Source: Chloroflexota bacterium
Lineage (GTDB): Bacteria > Chloroflexota > Dehalococcoidia > UBA2979
Length of the DNA: 64,000 nt
Direction: 5' to 3'
NCBI GenBank assembly: GCA_002707835.1
Contig: PANZ01000010.1
Location: 31,526 to 95,525, forward strand
This document shows, in pieces, positions 37,414-47,223 of this stretch. The stretch's first letter is position 1; every line of letters starts with the position of its first letter. A model generated the notes under the pieces. That model saw only the letters and a list, made by a program, of their open reading frames with translations. It ran no database searches and was not told the DNA's origin. The translations under genes were made by a program, and so were the position numbers.

Positions 37414-38409
37414 TTGGGTACTATTTTAAAAATTAAATCTTTAGGTTTTATAGCTGTTGTTCTGGGTAGATCAATCAAAAATTATACCGAAGATCGCGGT
37501 ACTCAAATGGCCGCATCTATATCTTATTACGCTCTCTTTTCTTTAGTGCCATTGATTGTTTTGGCAGTTGCTATTTTTGGTATTGTTTTAAGAAATACAG
37601 CTATTCAGGAAAAACTGATAGCTGCCATCGTGGAAGCCCTTCCTCTTTCGGAAGGTGATGTTGCAGACGTAGTGATTGGTGCTACATCGTTGTCACCACA
37701 ATTAGCCATAATTTCACTTTTTGGAGTGATTTGGACCTCGGGAGCATTGGCAGGAGCACTCAGGCTGTCACTGAATGTAGCTTTTGATACTGAAAGGAGG
37801 CATCCTGCATTGCGAGGAAAATTAGTTGATTATGCTTTGGTTCCCATTTTAGGGATTCCTGTAATGGGGAGTCTTATACTTTCAGCATTTTGGCAGGTTC
37901 TTGAGCAAAGCATAGCAAGTTTCCCTTTTGCTGATGATTTAAATTGGATATGGTCTCTAACAACGATTTTGGTTTCTTTACTACTTACTTTTATAACATT
38001 TAGTCTTTTTTATCGGTTTGCTCCTAATCGTAGGATTTATTTGAGGCATATTTGGCCCGCAGCATTGATAGCTGCAATTGCATTTGAAATTATGAAATAT
38101 GCTTTTGCGGTGTATTTGAGTAATTTCGGTAATTATGATTTGGTTTATGGAGCTTTGGGTGGCGTAGTTGTTTTATTGTATTGGGTATTTTTGAGTGCGA
38201 ACATTTTTATTTTAGGAGCCGAAATAGCTAATCAAATACCACGAGTATTGCATGATCAACCTAGACGTGATCATATCGTTACAACGGGGCAAGATAATAC
38301 ATCTCCATGGAGATTGACCAGGAATTTCTTGATAGGATTATTGTTAGATCCACGTGATATTCCAAGAAGGTCTTCTACTCCTTCGCAGACAGAAAAACAG
38401 AATGATTAG
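37414..38409 (+). CDS. YihY/BrkB-family membrane protein
   Basis: The N-terminus is AASISYYALFSLVPLIVLAVAIFG, and the protein has six TM helices. Confidence 0.7.
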   Translation: MGTILKIKSLGFIAVVLGRSIKNYTEDRGTQMAASISYYALFSLVPLIVLAVAIFGIVLRNTAIQEKLIAAIVEALPLSEGDVADVVIGATSLSPQLAIISLFGVIWTSGALAGALRLSLNVAFDTERRHPALRGKLVDYALVPILGIPVMGSLILSAFWQVLEQSIASFPFADDLNWIWSLTTILVSLLLTFITFSLFYRFAPNRRIYLRHIWPAALIAAIAFEIMKYAFAVYLSNFGNYDLVYGALGGVVVLLYWVFLSANIFILGAEIANQIPRVLHDQPRRDHIVTTGQDNTSPWRLTRNFLIGLLLDPRDIPRRSSTPSQTEKQND

Positions 38410-38434
38410 GGTGTCTAGTACTTTTTCTAGGTGA

Positions 38435-41400
38435 TTACTGTGTTGAAGCTCTTAATGCGAAGCTGATTTTCATTTCTTCAATTGTGGTGTCAATTTGTAT
38501 AGAAGATTCTAACGGCTCATTTGATTGGATGGACAGAGCTAAAGTTTCTGACGCTATATATTGCAGGTGTGTCTTAATAACCTCATCTAACTCAAGAGAA
38601 TCTTCAGTAATGTTATAAAAAATATCTATTCTATCGGTTACATCTAAATTGGCAGTGCGTCTTAAGTCTTGTAATCGACGAACTATTTCACGGGAGAGTC
38701 CTTCAGAGCGTAGTTCTGGTGTAATTGATGTATCTATCAGTGTTAAGTACCCACTGTCTTCAGCAGCAGCCCAGCCTTCGATTGGTTCAATATCTACAAT
38801 TAGGTCACCGCCACTTAATTCATACCCATTAAGTGTTATAGACTTTCCTTTGCGGATTACATCAACAATTTCCACAGGATTAGTTGATGCGATCGCATTA
38901 CTTATTTCCTTAGTTTGCTTTCCAAATTTCGGCCCTAATACAGGTAAATTTGGACGTACTGAATAAGATATTTTTTCAGAAATATTAGATTGTACTTCGA
39001 CATTCTTTACGTTAAGTTCTTCCGCAATTATAAGACTAAGTCTTCTTAAGGCATGTAATTCTTCTTCAGTTCGTGGAACTACTATTACTGCTGCAAGAGG
39101 TTGACGGACTCGGACATTTGCTTTTGAACGTGCAGCACGACCAAGTGAGACCATTCGTTGCACTATGTGCATTTCACGATTAAGCAATGGATCTATTTCT
39201 TCCTTTTTCAATTCAGGCCAATCGGAAAGGTGAACAGAATCTGGAGAATCTTTTGTATGTTTTGAAACTAAATTTTGGTAGATAGATTCCGAAATAAACG
39301 GAGTAAATGGTGCTAATAGTTTAGAAAGTGTTACTAAACACTCATATAATGTTCGAAAAGCTGAACGGCTATCAGCATCGTCTCCAGATTTCCAAAATCT
39401 TCTTCTACTTCTTCGGACATACCAATTGGACATTTCATTGACAAAGTTTTCTATTGGTCTTGCTGCCTCTGACAATTCATAGGCATTTAGGGACTCTGTA
39501 ACTTGTAAAACTGTATTTTGTAGTTCTGATCGAATCCATAGATCTAGTTCACTGGGGTCATCTTTATCAGATTGGTGAGCAGGATCAAAGTTAGTGAGAT
39601 TTGCGTAGGTTACAAAAAAAGAATAGGTATTCCAAAGCGTTGATAAAAAACGGCGTGCTGTCTCGCCTACCAGATCGTCTGAGAATCTTCGTTCATTTCC
39701 AGGTGGTGATGCAGTATACATATACCAACGAATAGCATCTGCACCATGTTTTTCAATTACATCCCATGGATTAACTACATTTCCTTTTGATTTAGACATT
39801 TTTTGGCCATTGCCATCAAGGATGAGTCCTAAGCAAATTACATTTTTAAAAGATATATTTTCGTCAATTGAATTTGAATGATGTAACAAAGTTGCTAGCG
39901 CATGTAGTGTATAAAACCATCCTCTAGTTTGGTCAACCGCCTCACATATAAAGTCTGCAGGGAAAGAATCAGAGAAAATGTCATTATTTTCAAATGGATA
40001 ATGCCATTGTGCATATGGCATAGCTCCTGAATCAAACCATGCATCGGCGACTTCGGGTGTCCTTGCCATCAATGTATTGCAGTCTGCGCAAGGTATTTTT
40101 ATTAGATCTATAAATGGTCTATGTGGGTCGAATTTTTCAGTTTGTTTTTCTAACTCATTTAGAGATTCAGGGGTCCCATATTTTTTTAGTTCTTCGAACG
40201 ATCCTATACAGTCAATACGTCCACATTTTTCACAAATCCAAATTGGTAAAGGTGTACCCCAATAGCGTTCTCGTGAGATTGCCCAGTCGACATTCCCTTC
40301 AAGCCAGCCTCCAAAGCGACCATGTTTTATATGTGAAGGAACCCAGTTGATAAGATCGTTATTACTGATCAGTTCGTCTGCGACTGAGGTCGTCCGAATG
40401 TACCAAGAAGGTTTTGCATAATATAAAATTGGCTGATCGCATCTCCAACAAAAAGGATAAGTATGTTTAATTTGTTGAGACTTAAATAGTAACCCTCGAT
40501 TTTTGAGATCACCGATGATATGTGTATCAGCTTCTTTCGCAAACATTCCATCACCAGGGCCTCCGATTAGCGTGCCATCTGATCGGACTGGTTGTAGGAA
40601 CATTAGGCTTTCTTGTCGGCCCATTGAGTAATCGACTTCACCAAACGCAGGCGCCATGTGAACTATCCCAGTTCCTTCATCGATGGAGACTTCGTCAGAA
40701 TTTATTATTTTCCTTGAGGGGAGAGGATCATCAGGTTTGAGTGGTTGGGTACGTCCTTCTACAAAATGTAATGGTTCAACCCAATTTACTACATCAGGGT
40801 AGAGGGCTTCATATTCCAAATTTAATAGTTCCTCACCCTCAAATTCCGCTAATATTTTTGTTGAATTGCTAATTAAATTTTCTATTGTCGCTGATGCCAG
40901 GATTACACATTCTGTATTTTCGTGGTTTTCAATTTCAACTAATGAATATTTAGACTGTCTTGATATGGCCAATGCGGTATTCCCAGATAATGTCCAAGGC
41001 GTTGTTGTCCAAGCCAAGAAAAAAATAGGTATAGAATCTTGTGCGATATATTTTGTAAAATGCGATTTTGACTTTTCAGTAATTTTAAATTTTACTGTCA
41101 CACCTGGATCAGTCGTATCTTCTTTGTATCCAAGAGCGACTTCATGGCTGGATAGACTGGTGTCACATCGTGGACAGTGAGGTGTTACGCGAAAGTCCTT
41201 AAAGACTAAATCGTTGTCCCACAGAGTTTTTATTATCGACCAGGCTGATTCAATGTAATCGTTTGAATAAGTTACGTAAGCATTTTTTGTATCAATCCAG
41301 AATCCAATTCGATCTGTCATTTTTTCCCATTCGCTGACGTAGCGGAAAACAGATTCACGACATTGTGCATTAAATTCTGCGACTCCAAATTCTTCGATTT

Positions 41401-41725
41401 CTTTTTTTGAGCTGAGTCCTAATTGGCGTTCTACTTCTAGTTCTACTGGGAGGCCATGAGTGTCCCATCCTCCCTTACGTGCTACTCGATAGCCTTGCAT
41501 TGTTTTAAAGCGAGGTATGACATCCTTAAATGCTCTAGATAAGACATGGTGTATTCCTGGATTTCCATTAGCAGTGGGTGGACCTTCATAGAAGGAAAAA
41601 GTTTTGTTTAAGGATTTTTCATTTATGCTGCGTTGAAAAATCTCCTCTTTTTTCCATATCTCTAATATTTTCTCTTCTAATTCAGAGAAAGAAACACGTG
41701 AAGAAACGGATTGGAAATTATTCAT
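38435..41725 (-). CDS. ileS: Isoleucyl-tRNA synthetase
   Basis: This 1096-aa protein has class I motifs HHVLSRAFKD and KMSKS, plus an editing domain. The recalled C-terminal Zn-binding Cys cluster was not checked in the C-terminus. Confidence 0.97.
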   Translation of the reverse strand: MNNFQSVSSRVSFSELEEKILEIWKKEEIFQRSINEKSLNKTFSFYEGPPTANGNPGIHHVLSRAFKDVIPRFKTMQGYRVARKGGWDTHGLPVELEVERQLGLSSKKEIEEFGVAEFNAQCRESVFRYVSEWEKMTDRIGFWIDTKNAYVTYSNDYIESAWSIIKTLWDNDLVFKDFRVTPHCPRCDTSLSSHEVALGYKEDTTDPGVTVKFKITEKSKSHFTKYIAQDSIPIFFLAWTTTPWTLSGNTALAISRQSKYSLVEIENHENTECVILASATIENLISNSTKILAEFEGEELLNLEYEALYPDVVNWVEPLHFVEGRTQPLKPDDPLPSRKIINSDEVSIDEGTGIVHMAPAFGEVDYSMGRQESLMFLQPVRSDGTLIGGPGDGMFAKEADTHIIGDLKNRGLLFKSQQIKHTYPFCWRCDQPILYYAKPSWYIRTTSVADELISNNDLINWVPSHIKHGRFGGWLEGNVDWAISRERYWGTPLPIWICEKCGRIDCIGSFEELKKYGTPESLNELEKQTEKFDPHRPFIDLIKIPCADCNTLMARTPEVADAWFDSGAMPYAQWHYPFENNDIFSDSFPADFICEAVDQTRGWFYTLHALATLLHHSNSIDENISFKNVICLGLILDGNGQKMSKSKGNVVNPWDVIEKHGADAIRWYMYTASPPGNERRFSDDLVGETARRFLSTLWNTYSFFVTYANLTNFDPAHQSDKDDPSELDLWIRSELQNTVLQVTESLNAYELSEAARPIENFVNEMSNWYVRRSRRRFWKSGDDADSRSAFRTLYECLVTLSKLLAPFTPFISESIYQNLVSKHTKDSPDSVHLSDWPELKKEEIDPLLNREMHIVQRMVSLGRAARSKANVRVRQPLAAVIVVPRTEEELHALRRLSLIIAEELNVKNVEVQSNISEKISYSVRPNLPVLGPKFGKQTKEISNAIASTNPVEIVDVIRKGKSITLNGYELSGGDLIVDIEPIEGWAAAEDSGYLTLIDTSITPELRSEGLSREIVRRLQDLRRTANLDVTDRIDIFYNITEDSLELDEVIKTHLQYIASETLALSIQSNEPLESSIQIDTTIEEMKISFALRASTQ

Positions 41726-41738
41726 ATCAACTGGGGTA

Positions 41739-42239
41739 TTACTTTTCGGATTCTTCAGAATTCTCTTGATTATCGATAGTAGCTATAACTGCGACAGCTT
41801 CATTCTCTTCTTTTTCTTGAGGTGATAGTCCTTCAAGTTCAAATGCGCTAGCTGCTGAAGCTATTCGCGTTGCTGAAGCCGCCGCTTCAGCAGCAGCTTG
41901 TGCCTCCTGTTTTTTTCGAAGAGATCCATAGCAATCAGAACAATAAACTGGTCTGTCATCGCGTGGCCTAAATGGAACTTCTGTTTGATTAGCACACTCT
42001 GCACATGTAGCCACGTGTAGTTGTCGAGGGGTACGACCTCCCCATGAGACATAAACACCGTAGCTTGATATAGTTTCACGTTCGTCTGGTCGTAATGCTT
42101 TACGCTGTGATCTACATGATTGACATCGAACAGGATCGTGTTCTAGTCCTTTTGTTGAATAAAATTCTTGTTCACCAGCAGTGAAGATGAAAGTGTTCTC
42201 ACAATCACGGCAGGGTAGTTCGCGATCTTGAAATGCCAT
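41739..42239 (-). CDS. Tandem zinc-ribbon (zf-trcl-like CxxC…CxxC x2) protein with an Ala/Glu-rich tail
   Basis: The two ribbons read CRDCENTFIFTAGEQEFYSTKGLEHDPVRCQSCR and CAECANQTEVPFRPRDDRPVYCSDCY. The gene ends 13 bp upstream of ileS. Confidence 0.55.
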   Translation of the reverse strand: MAFQDRELPCRDCENTFIFTAGEQEFYSTKGLEHDPVRCQSCRSQRKALRPDERETISSYGVYVSWGGRTPRQLHVATCAECANQTEVPFRPRDDRPVYCSDCYGSLRKKQEAQAAAEAAASATRIASAASAFELEGLSPQEKEENEAVAVIATIDNQENSEESEK

Positions 42240-42357
42240 TTAGAGCCTCTATATCATAGTCGTTGGACTTTTACTGAATTCAATTATCGTCTTGATCTTT
42301 TTTGATATCAATCAAATTTTCCTAATGACGACGTAGTATTACGTTTATATCTATGTT

Positions 42358-43947
42358 TTATAATTTTGTCGAGGTCAAATTTTTTGCTTGAAACCAAGGA
42401 ATTGAGATCGTCAAAAAAACTAAAACTCCTATTAATCCCGTTAGTAATACTGATAATATACTTCCTGTATCACTGTCTGTATTGATTTTGGAATGGTTTA
42501 AGAGATATTGGACTAACATCATAGCAAGTGCAGCAAGTAATGTGGAAGATATGAGTTTACTTATAAACTTTGCGAAATTTTGCTTAAACAATCCCCCAAT
42601 TTTCCTATTTAGTAACCACAATAAAATAACAAATTCAAAAATTATTGATACTGTTACTGCGCTTGCGATCCCTATTAATTCGAAAGGACTGATTAGAACA
42701 CTGCATAAAATAATATTCAGTATCATAGCTAGTACTGCCATTGTCACTGGTGTTTTGGTATTTTCCATCGCATAAAATCCTCTACTTAAGACTTCTATTC
42801 CAGCATGTGCAAAAATTCCTATGCATAAGAAAATTAATGGTTGTGATACTAAATCCGTAGATTGTGCATTAAATGCACCATGTTCAAAGAGTAATCTGAT
42901 TATTGGCTTTGCAAGAATGGCTAATGCAAATGAACTGGGAATAGCGATAAATAATACTGCTCGTAAACTGTTCCAAATAGTTTGTTGAAGCTCCGTAAAT
43001 TGTTTTGCCGCAGCTTGTTTTGCGAGTGTAGGGAAAACAGCAGTTGATATGGTCATACCTGTTAGTCCGATTGGTAGCATCATCATTAAGTATGCATATG
43101 TTATTACGCTGATTGCTGTATCTGAAATCATTGAAGAAAAGAATATAAGGGCAACTAGATTAATTTGTGATGCACCTAGTCCTATTACTCGAGGCCCCAT
43201 TAACTTTAGAACCTCTAAAACATTTTTAGATTTGATGTTGATTGAAGCTGTCCAATGCATTCCTGATCTATATATTGCTGGTATTTGTATAAATGCATGT
43301 CCTAGCGATCCGATTGCAACTCCCCAGGCAGGTCCATAAAGCCCAAAAGGCTCTGATAAAAATAGAATCCCGAGAATAATCGAAAGATTGTATACCATAG
43401 GGGCAATCGCGGTTGCCAAAAATTTCTCTTTAGCTTGTAGGATGCCGCTCAGCATTCCTGAGATACCAAAAAATATTGGTGAGATCATCATCAATCTTGT
43501 TAGATTTATTGCTTTTTGTTGCATCTCATTTGCATTCCCAGTTGATTCACCAAGCCCTGGAGCTATTAGTGGTATCAGTAATGGAGCGAAGATGAACGCT
43601 ATTGTTGCGCAAACAAATGAAAATAATGCGATTAGATTAAGTACTCTTGAAGCTAGTTGCCAGGCATCAGCTGGGCCTGATTTTAAATGTACTCTACTAA
43701 ATACTGGTATAAATGCAGCAGAAAGTGTTGCACCTGCAATGAGCTGAAAAACAAGGTCGGGGATGCGAAAAGCTACCCAGTAAGCAGCCAATTCAGGGTC
43801 CGTTCCAAAGGCTTCGGCTAATGTAATAGATCTTAGTAACCCGAGAATTCGTGACCCAAGAAATCCCAATCCAACTATTCCAGCAGCACTTAGAATAGTT
43901 GAATTTTTAACTTTAATTATTGATCTTATTTTCTGAATAATTTGCAT
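42358..43947 (-). CDS. murJ: Lipid II flippase MurJ (MviN)
   Basis: The protein is 529 aa with about 14 TM helices and a MurJ-like N-terminus. Confidence 0.85.
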   Translation of the reverse strand: MQIIQKIRSIIKVKNSTILSAAGIVGLGFLGSRILGLLRSITLAEAFGTDPELAAYWVAFRIPDLVFQLIAGATLSAAFIPVFSRVHLKSGPADAWQLASRVLNLIALFSFVCATIAFIFAPLLIPLIAPGLGESTGNANEMQQKAINLTRLMMISPIFFGISGMLSGILQAKEKFLATAIAPMVYNLSIILGILFLSEPFGLYGPAWGVAIGSLGHAFIQIPAIYRSGMHWTASINIKSKNVLEVLKLMGPRVIGLGASQINLVALIFFSSMISDTAISVITYAYLMMMLPIGLTGMTISTAVFPTLAKQAAAKQFTELQQTIWNSLRAVLFIAIPSSFALAILAKPIIRLLFEHGAFNAQSTDLVSQPLIFLCIGIFAHAGIEVLSRGFYAMENTKTPVTMAVLAMILNIILCSVLISPFELIGIASAVTVSIIFEFVILLWLLNRKIGGLFKQNFAKFISKLISSTLLAALAMMLVQYLLNHSKINTDSDTGSILSVLLTGLIGVLVFLTISIPWFQAKNLTSTKL

Positions 43948-44061
43948 AAGCTTATCAAGCTTAACTCAGCAATGAAATTTTGCGAAGCCTTACTGAAAGA
44001 TAGACTCTTGTACATTCAACCGCTAGGATATTAATCCACGTATATTGAGTATGGAGAATTT

Positions 44062-44319
44062 ATGGCACATTCACTGTCTGCTCGAAAGCGAGTTCGACAA
44101 ATTGTAAGAAAAGCAGAAAGAAATCAGCCTTTTCGACGACGGGCAGCTAATGCTGTGCGGGAGGCACGTTTGGCTATAGAAGAAGGTTCTGATGATGCAG
44201 GTGAGATGGTGCGTCAAGCGCAAGTAGCCCTTGATAGAGCGGCTCGGCGTCGTATCATTCATCCTAATGCAGCTGCTCGTAGAAAGTCACGCCTTACAAA
44301 GCAGCTAAAATCAAATTAG
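44062..44319 (+). CDS. rpsT: 30S ribosomal protein S20
   Basis: MAHSLSARKRVRQ…. Confidence 0.9.
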   Translation: MAHSLSARKRVRQIVRKAERNQPFRRRAANAVREARLAIEEGSDDAGEMVRQAQVALDRAARRRIIHPNAAARRKSRLTKQLKSN

Positions 44320-44387
44320 TCATATATCCTATATTAATCGGCTGATAGATTTTGCCTTATTCTGGGCGAGTATTTGTGTGGTAGTTA

Positions 44388-44915
44388 ATGAGTCAAGAGC
44401 TTCTAAAATTTCCTGAAGATGATTCCGTAGATAATAGTTCATTTTCTATTGGTCAATACCTCCAAGAAGCTCGTTCAGTAAGAAAACTATCTCTTGATGA
44501 TGCGTCAGCTGTTACCCGAATAAGTAAGCATTATTTACAAGCTCTTGAAGATGAAAAATTTGATATTTTACCTGCTCCAGTTTATGCAAGAGGGTTTATG
44601 AGAAGTTATGCGAAATTTTTAGGGCTTGATCCTGTTGCAGCTGTAATGGCAATGCCATCTGAAATGCCTCAACCTTCGGGATTAGAACCTTTAGCGGGGT
44701 TACGGCAACAAGTAAAGGTTAGCAAAAATGATTTTAACTTACGTGTAGTCGCAATATTCCTTACTGTAGCTGTGGTGGCTATCTTATTATTATGGCTTGC
44801 GCCGAAAATTGGATCTGGTACAGGTATCGATGATTTGGATGCAACACAAAAATTAGGCGTAGCTATTGTACGTAGTTACCTTTTCGAAAATGCTATGAGT
44901 AACTTTAATTTGTAA
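44388..44915 (+). CDS. RodZ-like HTH (XRE-type) membrane protein, short form
   Basis: An HTH_25-like region (LSLDDASAVTRISKHYLQALEDEKFDILPAPVYARGFMRSYAKFLGL) is followed by a single TM helix. Confidence 0.55.
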   Translation: MSQELLKFPEDDSVDNSSFSIGQYLQEARSVRKLSLDDASAVTRISKHYLQALEDEKFDILPAPVYARGFMRSYAKFLGLDPVAAVMAMPSEMPQPSGLEPLAGLRQQVKVSKNDFNLRVVAIFLTVAVVAILLLWLAPKIGSGTGIDDLDATQKLGVAIVRSYLFENAMSNFNL

Positions 44916-44942
44916 TCTAATTATTATAATTGTCAGGTTGAC

Positions 44943-46238
44943 GTGAAATACTTTTTAACAACTTTAGGATGTGCGAAGAACACTGTGGATTCAATGAAAA
45001 TTGAACAATCACTAAGATCAGGAAGACATTTGGCTACACATGCACCTGATGAAGCGGATGTCTTAATTGTTAATACTTGTGGATTTATTGATGATGCAAA
45101 AGATGAATCCATCGAAGTGATAAAAGATTTAGATAATCAGAGAAATGAGGACCAGGCACTATATGTAGTGGGCTGTTTGACTGAGATCGCCGAAGAACAA
45201 GTTAAACAAGCTGTTCCGAATGTTGATCAAATCTTTGGTGCTGAGGCATGGTCTGATATAGCAGCAAGTTTTGGAAGTAATGCTAGTAATTATGACATTC
45301 CTCAACCTTCGATTAGTAATCTTGGAGGGATTAGTGCTTATCTAAAGTTGTCAGATGGATGTGATCGCCCATGTACTTTTTGTATTATTCCTACAATAAA
45401 AGGCAAAATGCATTCTACTGCAGATGATTTGCTTATAGCTGAGGCGAAATTTCATGCTGCTATGGGTATAAAAGAATTAGTCTTAGTTGCTCAGGATTCT
45501 ACGGCATATGGTGAAGATATAAGCGTGCGTGACGGTTTAGCTCAATTTCTCGAAAAATTATCTATTGCAGTGCCTGAAATACCTTGGATACGTCTTATGT
45601 ACGCTTATCCTGGAAGAGTTACAAGTAACCTAGCTCGTGTAATGAATGATATGCCTAATATTTTGCATTATGTCGATATGCCACTACAGCATGGCTCTGA
45701 TTCTATGTTAAGAAGAATGAAAAGGCCTTCATCACGTAAAGCTCGTGAAAGTATCTCTTATATTCGTAATGCCATGAATGATGCGGTTATTCGGACTACT
45801 TTTATTGTTGGTTTCCCGGGGGAAACAGAGCAGGAATTTGATGAATTACTGCAGTTCATTAGAACAGAGCAATTTGAACATATTGGAGTATTTACATACT
45901 CAGCACAATCTGGAACACCCGCTGCTTTAATGCAAGATCAGGTCGATGATGAATTGAAAACTGAACGATATGCTCGTGTGATGGAGCTTGCACAGGAAAT
46001 TTCTCTTTCTGCTAATCAGTCAGTTATTGGCGAGACTGTCGATATTTTGATTGAGTCAGAAGAGCCCACTAGATCTTCTGGTGGTGATTTAGTCGTGGTT
46101 GGCCGAACTTATAGGGATGCTCCTGAGGTTGATGGTCTTGCTTTTGTTAAAGGCGAATTTCAAAAAGGTTCTTTAGTGAAGGCTAATGTGGATGGTGCTT
46201 TACCATATGACCTGTTATGTACACCGATAGATAGCTAG
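44943..46238 (+). CDS. rimO: Ribosomal protein S12 methylthiotransferase (RimO; MiaB-family radical SAM)
   Basis: The MTTase N-domain reads LGCAKNTVDS, the radical-SAM cluster is CDRPCTFC, and there is a C-terminal TRAM domain. Confidence 0.8.
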   Translation: MKYFLTTLGCAKNTVDSMKIEQSLRSGRHLATHAPDEADVLIVNTCGFIDDAKDESIEVIKDLDNQRNEDQALYVVGCLTEIAEEQVKQAVPNVDQIFGAEAWSDIAASFGSNASNYDIPQPSISNLGGISAYLKLSDGCDRPCTFCIIPTIKGKMHSTADDLLIAEAKFHAAMGIKELVLVAQDSTAYGEDISVRDGLAQFLEKLSIAVPEIPWIRLMYAYPGRVTSNLARVMNDMPNILHYVDMPLQHGSDSMLRRMKRPSSRKARESISYIRNAMNDAVIRTTFIVGFPGETEQEFDELLQFIRTEQFEHIGVFTYSAQSGTPAALMQDQVDDELKTERYARVMELAQEISLSANQSVIGETVDILIESEEPTRSSGGDLVVVGRTYRDAPEVDGLAFVKGEFQKGSLVKANVDGALPYDLLCTPIDS

Positions 46239-46286
46239 ATTTTCTCAATTAATACTTTGGTAATTTAGATTTAACTAAATATTTAT

Positions 46287-46306
46287 GTGATTGTGTTCAC
46301 AATCAC
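46287..46306. promoter_or_regulatory. Perfect 20-bp palindrome GTGATTGTG-TT-CACAATCAC (candidate operator)
   Basis: It is self-complementary by inspection. It lies about 60 bp upstream of a small ORF, in a 310-bp intergenic gap. Confidence 0.3.
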
Positions 46307-46368
46307 TTGCTTGAAGCATGTTCATTTGTGAAAATATTATCAAATGATTGTATAGAAAGGAAAAAAAC

Positions 46369-46497
46369 ATGAGAATTCGTGATTATTACAACTCTTTAAT
46401 CATTAACTCACGACGATCTTCTTCGCCTACTATTCGTGAGGCAAGATTGGATTTACGCAGAGTTCGTGATTTGAGAGATCGTGCATGGAGAATATAA
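46369..46497 (+). CDS. Candidate 42-codon small ORF encoding a basic peptide (MRIRDYYNSLIINSRRSSSPTIREARLDLRRVRDLRDRAWRI)
   Basis: AAGGA lies 8 nt upstream of the ATG. The ORF is below the track's length cutoff and has no recognised homology. Confidence 0.2.
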   Translation: MRIRDYYNSLIINSRRSSSPTIREARLDLRRVRDLRDRAWRI

Positions 46498-46500
46498 ATA

Positions 46501-46543
46501 ATGCTAATTAACTGAAGGCACAATGCCTTCAGTTAATTAGCAT
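46501..46543. terminator. Perfect 20-bp-stem hairpin with a 3-nt loop; likely intrinsic terminator of scpB (minus strand)
   Basis: atgctaattaactgaaggca-caa-tgccttcagttaattagcat lies 6 nt past the scpB stop. A U-rich run follows on the minus strand (UAUUUAUAUU). Confidence 0.55.
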
Positions 46544-46548
46544 AGTGG

Positions 46549-47223
46549 TTAATCTAAATTCACTTTAGGCTGTGTTGTAACAAAACTTTCTACCACTTCA
46601 CTTAAGTCACTTACATTACTACTAATTTCGATGGAGTCATCTTTAATGAGTTCTAGTGTTCCTTGTGATTCACTTTCTTTAAGTACATTTTCTACTGTTT
46701 GAGGTAATGCTGGCAGTTCATTTGGGTTTGTTAAACCAAAATGCTCTAAAAATCTTTGCGTAGTTGCAAATAATGCTGGTCTACCTGGCCCTGGGGCACG
46801 TCCCTTAATTTCAATTAAATTTCGATTTCGTAAGGTAGCTATTGCCCCCCCGCTATCCACGCCTCTGATCGTATCAATTATGTGGCGAGTTACAGGTTGT
46901 CTATAAGCTATGATCGCTAATGTTTCTAATGCTGCAGTTGAAAGACGACGATTCGCTTCTAGTCCTAAAAAATATTCGATAATACTTGCTGTATTTGGTG
47001 AGGTCACAAATTGTACACCGTCTGGACCAATTTGTAGATTTATCCCTTTTTTCTCTGAATTGTAATCTTCAATCATAATGTCTAGTATTTTATTGATTTG
47101 TGAAGGTTTTATTTCCAACACTTTGGCGAGATTTAAGATTGTTATGGGTTCTTCAGCTACGAATAATATAGCTTCTATTAGTGCAGGATAATTATTTTCG
47201 TCATGTTTTTCAGTTGAAATCAT
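46549..47223 (-). CDS. scpB: Segregation and condensation protein B
   Basis: The N-terminus is LIEAILFVAEEPITILNLAKVL, and two winged-helix repeats are present. Confidence 0.85.
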   Translation of the reverse strand: MISTEKHDENNYPALIEAILFVAEEPITILNLAKVLEIKPSQINKILDIMIEDYNSEKKGINLQIGPDGVQFVTSPNTASIIEYFLGLEANRRLSTAALETLAIIAYRQPVTRHIIDTIRGVDSGGAIATLRNRNLIEIKGRAPGPGRPALFATTQRFLEHFGLTNPNELPALPQTVENVLKESESQGTLELIKDDSIEISSNVSDLSEVVESFVTTQPKVNLD

